The translations under genes and the position numbers were made by a program. A DNA stretch of 64,000 nucleotides from Vulcanimicrobiota bacterium (GTDB lineage Bacteria; Vulcanimicrobiota; Xenobia; Xenobiales; JADMJV01), in assembly GCA_050250895.1 (NCBI GenBank), contig JBFWNU010000001.1:3012891-3076890 (forward strand). The letters run 5' to 3'. The notes beneath the pieces were generated by a model. That model did no database searches. It was not told the origin of the DNA and was given only the letters and a program-made list of their open reading frames with translations. The first letter of the stretch is position 1; every line of letters begins with the position of its first letter. Below are positions 57,139-64,000 of this stretch, piece by piece.

Positions 57139-57930
57139 GTGGAGGCCGAAATCGCCCTCGACGCGTACCTCCTTTATCGGTGCGGCTGTCGGCCGTGGGC
57201 CTTGCATCCCGTCTGTCGCTCCCTTTCTTTTTCCGGCCCCGAGGCGTCGGCCTCAGGGGTCTTGGCCACCCTGCGCAAGCAATTCCCGGAGGCTCAGTGC
57301 CAAACACTGGCCAGTTACGTCTACCGCAACTTTTTTGACTCGCCGAGCCCGGCGCTGGGCCTCAAGTTCCCCAAGCCTCGGCTTTCATGGGATGCCATTC
57401 ATCGCGAAGTTCCCGGAGGGGGCGGGCTGCTGACCGTGTCACGCGTGGGCCTTTCGAGCGATGGTCGCGAGGCCTTTCTGTCGGCCCATAATCGGGTTGA
57501 CTCGAGTCCGGCCCAGCCCCTCAATCGCGCTTCCGGTACACTTCCCTTCGCCGAGCAGGCTCTCTTGCGCCTTGAGGACGAGCGCTGGAAGGTGGTCAAG
57601 TCGCGGGTCAGGCTCTATCCTGAGCACCAGGGCGACGAAGACAGGCGATTTACCTGGAACGACGGCTTGCCTCGCTCCCTGTACGCCGGCCGTTTCGATG
57701 GCAGCTGGCTCGGGGCTGTTCGGTTGGGTGAAAGCGTGTTGAAGTTGGGTCCCGACGGGTTGATGCTCGATCAAGAGATGATTCCCTTCGAGGCTGGCCC
57801 CGAACTGCTAAAGAAGCTCGTCGTGGGCGGCAGGAAGGCTCAACAAAGGGCGGCCCGCAAGGCGGTCGCCCGGCTTCTTCGTCGCGCCATGGACCTGGCC
57901 GCAGTGGCTAACCGTTCGGGCCGGCGCTAA
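57139..57930 (+). CDS. Hypothetical protein
   Basis: 263-aa ORF; LTVSRVGLSSDGREA motif. Confidence 0.5.
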   Translation: MEAEIALDAYLLYRCGCRPWALHPVCRSLSFSGPEASASGVLATLRKQFPEAQCQTLASYVYRNFFDSPSPALGLKFPKPRLSWDAIHREVPGGGGLLTVSRVGLSSDGREAFLSAHNRVDSSPAQPLNRASGTLPFAEQALLRLEDERWKVVKSRVRLYPEHQGDEDRRFTWNDGLPRSLYAGRFDGSWLGAVRLGESVLKLGPDGLMLDQEMIPFEAGPELLKKLVVGGRKAQQRAARKAVARLLRRAMDLAAVANRSGRR

Positions 57931-58250
57931 ACCGACCTTGCACCCCGCGACGTCTCGGGGTGAACCCCCGAAACCGGCCTTCCCCCCGCGATTCTCGGGG
58001 TGAAGCCCCGAAACCGGCCTTCACCCCGCGATTCTCGGGGTGAACCCCCGAAACCGGCCTTCACCCCGCGATTTCTCGGGGTGAACCCCCGAAATCGCCC
58101 TTCACCCCGCGATTCTCGGGGTGAACCCCCGAAATCGCCCTTCACCCCGCGATTCTCGCGGTGAACTCGGCCGCAGACCCGCCAGGCCCGGCGAAGCCCC
58201 GGCGGTCTTACCGAACGCCGCGACCGGCAAGGACCCCCGCGACCGGCAAA
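57931..58250 (+). repeat. 40-bp tandem hairpin repeat (about 6 copies) plus conserved tail
   Basis: Same unit and tail as 56563-56750, same orientation. Confidence 0.88.
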
Positions 58251-58346
58251 GCCAGGCCCAGCCTGGCCAAGACCGCGGCCCGCAACGCGGTCGGCCGGCT
58301 CTAAGCGCCTCTGCAATAAACGCGGTCGCTGGTTCGTTTCATCCAT

Positions 58347-59360
58347 GTGCTCAACCATGTCTTTTTAGAGTCGATAGCTTATGAACTCCCACCCTACGTG
58401 ATTTCTAGCGACTCGATCGTCGAGCGGCTCGAGCCGGCGGCGGTTCGATTCGGGCTGGATGTGGGGGCGGTGATGGCCGCCTCGGGGGTCGAGGAGAGAC
58501 GATTCTGGGCGCCGGCCGCCACGATGGTGTCGGCCGGTGCGGTCGCAGCCCGCAAGGCTATCGAGCGGTCGGGTATCGACCCCAACGAGATCGGAGCCCT
58601 GGTCAGCACCTCGGTCTGCAAGGACTATATCGAACCCTCGATGGCCAGCCTGATCCACGGAGAACTGGGGCTGGGGCCGAGCTGTCTGAATCTAGACGTG
58701 GGCAACGCCTGTCTGGGCTTTCTCAACGGCATCGCGCTGGTGGCCGACCTGATCGAATTAGGGCGAATCCGGGCGGCCGTGGTGGTCGATGCCGAATCGT
58801 CGCGCGAGGTCGTCGAGGCTACCATCGAGCGGCTTTTGAGCGACCAGGCCCGCCGTCAAGACTTTCACCTGAATTTCGCCACTTTGACGCTGGGCTCGGG
58901 GGCGGTGGCCGTAGTCATGGCTCACTCGAGCCTGAGCCAGAAACGTCATCGGCTGGTGGGGCACGTTTCCCTGGCGGATACCGTCCATCGCCACCTGTGT
59001 CTGGGCAGCCCTCAACAGATGCTGGTGCATGCCCAACAGCTGTTGGAAGCAGGATTGCTGCTGGCACGCCAGACCTGGGGTATGGCTCAGCGTCTATTGG
59101 GTTGGAGTTCGGCCAACCTCGATTTCATCATCGGACACCAGGTGGGAGCCCGCCACTTTCGCTGCTTGCTCGAGTTGTTCGGACTCGATTCGCGACGCAC
59201 GTTCGTGACCTATCCATTCCTGGGCAATGTGGGGCCGGCTTCGCTGCCCTTGACCCTGGCGATCGCTGTCGAGCGCGGCGTGATCCGACCGGGCTATCGA
59301 CTGGCTCTGATGGGCATCGGCAGCGGCCTCAACTGCTCGATGATGGAGCTTGAATGGTGA
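58347..59360 (+). CDS. oleA: OleA-like thiolase / 3-oxoacyl-ACP synthase III
   Basis: SVCKDYIEPSMA, NACLGF, FATLTLGSGA, HQVG, GNVGPASLP, LMGIGSGLNC. Confidence 0.8.
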   Translation: MLNHVFLESIAYELPPYVISSDSIVERLEPAAVRFGLDVGAVMAASGVEERRFWAPAATMVSAGAVAARKAIERSGIDPNEIGALVSTSVCKDYIEPSMASLIHGELGLGPSCLNLDVGNACLGFLNGIALVADLIELGRIRAAVVVDAESSREVVEATIERLLSDQARRQDFHLNFATLTLGSGAVAVVMAHSSLSQKRHRLVGHVSLADTVHRHLCLGSPQQMLVHAQQLLEAGLLLARQTWGMAQRLLGWSSANLDFIIGHQVGARHFRCLLELFGLDSRRTFVTYPFLGNVGPASLPLTLAIAVERGVIRPGYRLALMGIGSGLNCSMMELEW

Positions 59361-59363
59361 TGG

Positions 59364-59630
59364 CTACGGGAGCGGCAGATAGGTGTCCTGAATCCAGAGA
59401 CCGCCTTCGTCGGACTCGATAGCCACGGCCGAGGGCGTCTCGAGGGCTTTTGCCAGGGTCTCGACCTGCTGGCGCGGCGGGGGCTCTAGCGGGCGGGGGA
59501 CGGCCGGGCGGGGAGCCGGCGCGCGGCCAGAACGGGAGGGCCGGCGAGGCGGCGGCGCTGGAGCGGAATAGCGGCCTCCGAAGTCAAAGTCGATATGGGC
59601 AATGGCGCGATGGACGGGTGGAAAATGCAT
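59364..59630 (-). CDS. Small Pro-rich hypothetical protein with conserved-looking C-terminal tail
   Basis: MHFPPVHR...VAIESDEGGLWIQDTYLPLP; longer track ORF 59364-60161 not credible. Confidence 0.55.
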   Translation of the reverse strand: MHFPPVHRAIAHIDFDFGGRYSAPAPPPRRPSRSGRAPAPRPAVPRPLEPPPRQQVETLAKALETPSAVAIESDEGGLWIQDTYLPLP

Positions 59631-59724
59631 GGTCACAGTATGCGAGAGAGGGCTTGGACCAGGGCTGGATCGGGTCGGCCTGAGGCCGTAGAGTGTGAAC
59701 GTCAGGTTGCCTTCCGGCGAAACG

Positions 59725-59754
59725 AAAAAGGGCCCGTGGCAAAGCCACGGACCC
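59725..59754 (-). terminator. Intrinsic terminator of the DUF892 gene
   Basis: GGGCCCGTGGC-AAA-GCCACGGACCC with an A-run on the plus strand (U-run on minus). Confidence 0.65.
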
Positions 59755-59820
59755 GCGAACCCGACTGACCAGGAGCTCGGGGGGGTAGGGACCTCCCGAG
59801 TCAGCCGAGTCCTTTCTGGA

Positions 59821-60654
59821 TCACCGGTGGCGACGTTGATAGTCCCATCCGGCGAAGATTTTGCCGCGGGCCGGTTCGTATTCTCCGCCGTAGTGCGAGC
59901 GGAGCGAATCCTCCACCGCCGGACCCCAATCCCGGTCGTGATAGTGGATAGCCGCGCAGTAACCGTAGCGAAAGGCGGGCTCGTCCGCTTCAAAGCCGGC
60001 CAGGGGAGCATCAGCCGGGACGGGCCTGGTGCCGGCCATCTGCCCGAGCGTGTCCCCGGCGGTCTGGCCTGGACCTTCGTCCGAGCGGAAGCGGGACTTG
60101 GTTTGATCCCAGTCTCGACGGAAGGCAGTCTTGACGCGCTGCCAGGCGGTCGAGTGCTCACGCGTCCACCAGCTGGCCCGCCAGTGGATCTGGTGAGTAG
60201 CGATGTGAGAAAGCCTTTCGTCGGCAGCTCTGGTGGTGTCGAGAAAGCCTCTCAGGTCGGCGGCCAGGGCCTCGCGGTCGACGAGATGGGCCAGTCGTGC
60301 GGCCAGTCCCAGCCCCGCCATCTGGTAGTGAAGAATGCGCTGGGCCGAGACGATCAGTTCGGCGTCGACGATGTTCTGGTCTCCCAACACCGCCAGCCGC
60401 TCGTTGGCTTCGACCAACATTCCGCGCACGGCCTGGCGTGGACTTTTAGTGGGAGTCACCGGATACTCGGCCAGCTTGTTGACTTGCTGGTCGACCTGGC
60501 GGCGGATGCTCTCGAAGGCTTCACCCAGCACCGGATTGTGGGCGTGCTGTCGAAATCGGTCCAGCGCCTCGGCCAGGATCGCCGCGTCTTGCAATATCGT
60601 CGTCATCTCGTGGTACAGAAGGTCCTCGAGACTCATCTTTTCTGACGTTTTCAT
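59821..60654 (-). CDS. YciE/YciF (DUF892) ferritin-like domain fused to a Trp-rich stress domain
   Basis: SLEDLL.HE, AVRGMLVEA, DAELIVSAQRILHYQMAG, ADERLS; C-terminal WQRVK.AFRRDW.QTK, EPAFRYGY. Confidence 0.72.
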   Translation of the reverse strand: MKTSEKMSLEDLLYHEMTTILQDAAILAEALDRFRQHAHNPVLGEAFESIRRQVDQQVNKLAEYPVTPTKSPRQAVRGMLVEANERLAVLGDQNIVDAELIVSAQRILHYQMAGLGLAARLAHLVDREALAADLRGFLDTTRAADERLSHIATHQIHWRASWWTREHSTAWQRVKTAFRRDWDQTKSRFRSDEGPGQTAGDTLGQMAGTRPVPADAPLAGFEADEPAFRYGYCAAIHYHDRDWGPAVEDSLRSHYGGEYEPARGKIFAGWDYQRRHR

Positions 60655-60825
60655 AGTCCCAGATTAGAGTTCAAGAGCCAGCGCGCACACCCCACCGGGG
60701 TCCTTTTACGGGCATCCTGTGGGATACCCCTGGGGGTGGTCCGGCCGGATGCTGGTTGTCTATGCCGACTGAGGGCGCCCAGCATCGGGCAAGCACACAA
60801 CATAGGAGTAAGGAGGATTTGATCC

Positions 60826-61251
60826 ATGAAATTCATTCGCATATGCCTGATCTTACTTGCCGCGTTGGTAACCTCAGCGGCCGCCGCGCCCTGGTTCCTG
60901 GGCCCGAACGGCGTCTCGCCGACCGGCTATGAGAAACACCCCACACCCTACAACGCCCGACCTGACGCCGAGACCTATCACAAGCAACCTTCGGCTTCCC
61001 CTCGCAGTGACGCGGAGAGCTACGAGAAGCCGGTTCGCCCAAACCGTGAAACTCCAGAGGCTTCTTCCTACCAAGATCGACCCACGCCGGCCCAGGACAC
61101 CCTGGACGCCAAGACTTATCAGAAACATCCCGACCCGGAGGGCCAGGACCAGGACTTCGACGCCAAAACCTATGAGAAACACCCAGACCCCCAGGGCCGT
61201 GATCAGAGCCTGGATTCCGTCGACTACGAGACCAAGCCGGGCCAGCGCTAA
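60826..61251 (+). CDS. Secreted protein with about 7 A-x-T-Y-x-K-H-P repeats
   Basis: AGGAGG RBS; signal peptide; repeats TGYEKHP, AETYHKQP, AESYEKP, AKTYQKHP, AKTYEKHP. Confidence 0.7.
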   Translation: MKFIRICLILLAALVTSAAAAPWFLGPNGVSPTGYEKHPTPYNARPDAETYHKQPSASPRSDAESYEKPVRPNRETPEASSYQDRPTPAQDTLDAKTYQKHPDPEGQDQDFDAKTYEKHPDPQGRDQSLDSVDYETKPGQR

Positions 61252-61323
61252 TTAGCGGTCAGGGCAGGATTGCGGCACGGGCGGCCCAAAGGGCGCGGCA
61301 TCAGCATCACCAGGGGGGCGACC

Positions 61324-63372
61324 GTGAAGCATTACCTTTCCATTCTACTATTAGTTCTGGGGCTGACCGCCTGCGGCGGCGGAGGGGCAACCCCTGGAGG
61401 AAGAGCCAGCCAGGGGCCCGGCCCCGCTTCGGCAGTGCTCAACCTACGACTCCGAACGGCCAGCCCTCGTGGCGTTCTTGCCCAGGGGCTGGCCTCTCTT
61501 GTTCGAGTCAGCCTCTACGCTGAGGATAGCGAGGCGGCGGTGGCGGGCTCGGGCCAGACGCCTTTGGACCCCAGCGGCGTGACTGTGGTCACTTTACACG
61601 ATCTTACGCCGGGCCGCTTCAAGCTGGTGGTCGAGCTACTCGATCAGGACGGCAATGGGCTCGAATCGCAAGAGCGAGGGGTTGACCTGGTGGTCGGGCA
61701 GGTGGTGACTGTGGAGTTTAACCTGGGCTCACCTTCACCCCCTGTCCCAGGGATCGCCGACCCCTTCTTGCTGGGCACTTCGCTGCAACGGCCCGCCGTC
61801 ACTCTGGTTGGCAATCAGGCGGTGGTGGTGGCCATCGATACCACCACCCAGGTGGTGATGGCCAGCCTGCTTACCATCGACAGCTTTGGCTCGGCTCCGT
61901 CCAGCCAGCTCTCCTATCAGCTCAGCTCGCTCGGGCCGGCCGATCGGCCCGATGTCTGCATGACCGGTCCCACCCAGGTGACGGCCACCTGGGAGGTGGG
62001 TTCGACCACTGCGGTCCGCAGCTTCGACGCCAACGACAACTCAGGCCTCGAGCTGATTGTAGCTGGGGGTGCGGCTTTGACTCCCAGTCTGGCAACTCCC
62101 GGCCCGGCCGGCATCCCTGTGATCAACTTCGACCTGGGCCAAGAGGCGGTCTTGAGGTTTCTGGGCCCGTCACTAGCCACCGGTCTCACCACTACCGCCA
62201 GCGAGACCGGGCCATTCATGGCCGCCCTGGACTACAGCCCCTATCCGGTCATCGCCAGCAATCCGACCCATCTGGTGGCCACCGTGCTGACCCATCGACA
62301 GACGCCCAAGCTGGCCTTTGCCCTCTACGATCTGGGCGCGCCGGCCACGCCCATCGATAGGTTGGCCCTCACCTTGCCGGGCACCGGCGCCACGGCCGGG
62401 GGCAGCGCTCAGGTAGCCGGTCCCAAAATGGCCATGGATACGGCCGGTAATATCGTGGTGGTTTTCGAGTTCGACGCTAGAATCTTGGCAACCGCTTTGC
62501 ACGTTGGCTCTGGCACACTGGTGCTCGATGCGGTGCGAGTGCTCATCGACCAGCATGACAGCGATCTCGAGCCCGAGGTCGCGTTTGGGCCCGACGGAAC
62601 CTTTTGGGTGGCCTGGACTGGCTACACCGGGCCCGATGGCGAGGTCTATCTCCAGCAGTTTAGCTATCCCACCCTGACCGCCCCCACCAGCGCTTTCAAC
62701 GCTTCCGTGTCGGGGTCCCCCGACAGTTGGCCAAGCCTGGGGGTCAACGGCAACGGTGACGTGCTGGTGGTGTGGCAGCAGATGGGGCCGAGTGGACCTC
62801 AGCTGATGGGTCGTTGCCTGCCCGGCGGTTTTGACCCTGGCAACCCTTTCACTCCACCCTTGCAAGAGCCCGCCAACCTGCTGGTAAATGGAGATTTTTC
62901 CAACGGTCTCAGCGGTTGGACCCAGGTGGTTGTCCACGCGATTCCTGGCTATCCGCAATTCACCCTGGATGACGAGGCGTTGTGCATTGGGCAATTCGAC
63001 AATGAGCGCTTTGCTCTGGACGTGCCCAATACGTCCGATGGCTACATTTTTCAGCAGGTGACCCTGCCGTCGCTGGCTGCCGGGCAGACGCTGCGCCTGG
63101 AATACAGAACCTGGAATAACCTGGACCCGGTCAACGCCCGCGTCGAGATCTTCGACGTGGGCACCAACACGGTGGTGGCTTCCGACCACTACATTCCCAA
63201 TACCATCGAAGGTATGGGGGTCGACTGCAGCGGCAACAACGATGCCCTGCGCACTCTCGACTTGACGGCCTCGGCCGGACGCACCGTGCAGGTTCGCCTG
63301 GGGGGCAGCAGCACCCTGGGAATCGGGACACTCGTGAATTGGGACGACCTGCGTCTATCGGTCATTCCCTAG
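61324..63372 (+). CDS. Lipoprotein with propeller-like repeats and C-terminal CBM-like jelly-roll
   Basis: Lipobox LTAC after GTG 61324; P.VA..PDG.F.VAW repeats; NLLVNGDFSNGLSGW...WDDLRL. Confidence 0.72.
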   Translation: MKHYLSILLLVLGLTACGGGGATPGGRASQGPGPASAVLNLRLRTASPRGVLAQGLASLVRVSLYAEDSEAAVAGSGQTPLDPSGVTVVTLHDLTPGRFKLVVELLDQDGNGLESQERGVDLVVGQVVTVEFNLGSPSPPVPGIADPFLLGTSLQRPAVTLVGNQAVVVAIDTTTQVVMASLLTIDSFGSAPSSQLSYQLSSLGPADRPDVCMTGPTQVTATWEVGSTTAVRSFDANDNSGLELIVAGGAALTPSLATPGPAGIPVINFDLGQEAVLRFLGPSLATGLTTTASETGPFMAALDYSPYPVIASNPTHLVATVLTHRQTPKLAFALYDLGAPATPIDRLALTLPGTGATAGGSAQVAGPKMAMDTAGNIVVVFEFDARILATALHVGSGTLVLDAVRVLIDQHDSDLEPEVAFGPDGTFWVAWTGYTGPDGEVYLQQFSYPTLTAPTSAFNASVSGSPDSWPSLGVNGNGDVLVVWQQMGPSGPQLMGRCLPGGFDPGNPFTPPLQEPANLLVNGDFSNGLSGWTQVVVHAIPGYPQFTLDDEALCIGQFDNERFALDVPNTSDGYIFQQVTLPSLAAGQTLRLEYRTWNNLDPVNARVEIFDVGTNTVVASDHYIPNTIEGMGVDCSGNNDALRTLDLTASAGRTVQVRLGGSSTLGIGTLVNWDDLRLSVIP

Positions 63373-64000
63373 AGTGAACTCGAACCCCGTCTCGCTGGTT
63401 CGAAAGTTGTCGGTCGCGGCGTACGGTCCACCGACCACCGGATGACCCACCACTCGGCGAACGGCGGCGGGAACCTCCACTCTCAGCCGATTTTCGGCGG
63501 GTTCGTAGACGACCATCGAGGGGGCAAGTCCCAGGCCTTCGACCTCAAGTTTGGCCGGCAGGCTGTGATGGTTGGCTCGATAGGCGAGGATTTCGGTGAC
63601 CAGAGTGGCAGCCGCCATCCGATAGCGATTGTACAGCAACTGTGCCGAAACCTTGCTCAGGTCGGGAACCATCATATTGGCCACGATACCGGTCTTGCCG
63701 GTCAGATAACTGGCGGTGCCAGGGTTGGTCAAATGGGCCGGCATGACGACCATCTCGTCCTGGTGACTGGCCGCTAGCAGGCCCGTCATGACGTTGTAAT
63801 AGACCCTCTCTTCGCGCCGCATCAGCCAGGGCCATTTGGTCAGAGGGTGGGCGGATTGGCCCTGATAAAGATCCTGGAAACTGTTGTGGGCAAAGGCGAT
63901 CTCTTCTTCAAGCAAAGTCGAAATCTGCCCCTGAGGAGGCATCGAACGGCGCACTCGTACGGCCAGTTCTTGCCACTGCGCCGGGCTGAGCGCAGTCTCT
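63355..64000 (-). CDS. Hypothetical protein, C-terminal part (5' end beyond window)
   Basis: Open frame running to the window edge; AYRANHHSLPAKL resembles pilin-associated C-terminal motifs. Confidence 0.5.
   Translation of the reverse strand, partial: ETALSPAQWQELAVRVRRSMPPQGQISTLLEEEIAFAHNSFQDLYQGQSAHPLTKWPWLMRREERVYYNVMTGLLAASHQDEMVVMPAHLTNPGTASYLTGKTGIVANMMVPDLSKVSAQLLYNRYRMAAATLVTEILAYRANHHSLPAKLEVEGLGLAPSMVVYEPAENRLRVEVPAAVRRVVGHPVVGGPYAATDNFRTSETGFEFTLGNDR

Noticed and set aside
57931-58166. Possible CRISPR array of 40-bp palindromic repeats
   Set aside because: Head-to-tail tandem copies with no spacers.

Overview
GC-rich bacterial chromosomal window, densely coding. The three minor-pilin triads, Ser/Thr kinases and many orphans with low-complexity N-termini suggest Ca. 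Eremiobacterota/Vulcanimicrobiota, which is an inference from gene style only. Recognisable genes include an LmbE-type deacetylase beside a very short BshC-like protein, a GH30 hydrolase, a pentein deiminase, a CstB/Blh-like persulfide dioxygenase with an AT-rich operator, a MenA1-MenT1-type toxin-antitoxin pair, PilC, an orphan OleA, an SLC13 permease and several signalling proteins. The strongest unexpected signal is missed by the ORF track: an exported heavy-metal-associated (HMA/MerP-like) protein at 27311-27595 whose two metal-binding Cys codons are both in-frame TGA (GVS-U-PTG-U). Two SECIS-like hairpins follow, making it a probable di-selenocysteine metallochaperone. Also notable are an FHA/atypical histidine kinase - atypical receiver/AraC - Ser/Thr kinase-WD40 operon, a 1.3 kb mosaic hairpin array after an XRE-nuclease gene, and two copies of a 40-bp tandem-hairpin element. 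Further candidates are a four-way-junction RNA, a 7(1)-knot-like protein, a LysM/curlin-like protein and shared terminal motifs that may be secretion signals. No rRNA, canonical tRNA, CRISPR or transposase was seen. All family calls come from motif recognition, not database searches.
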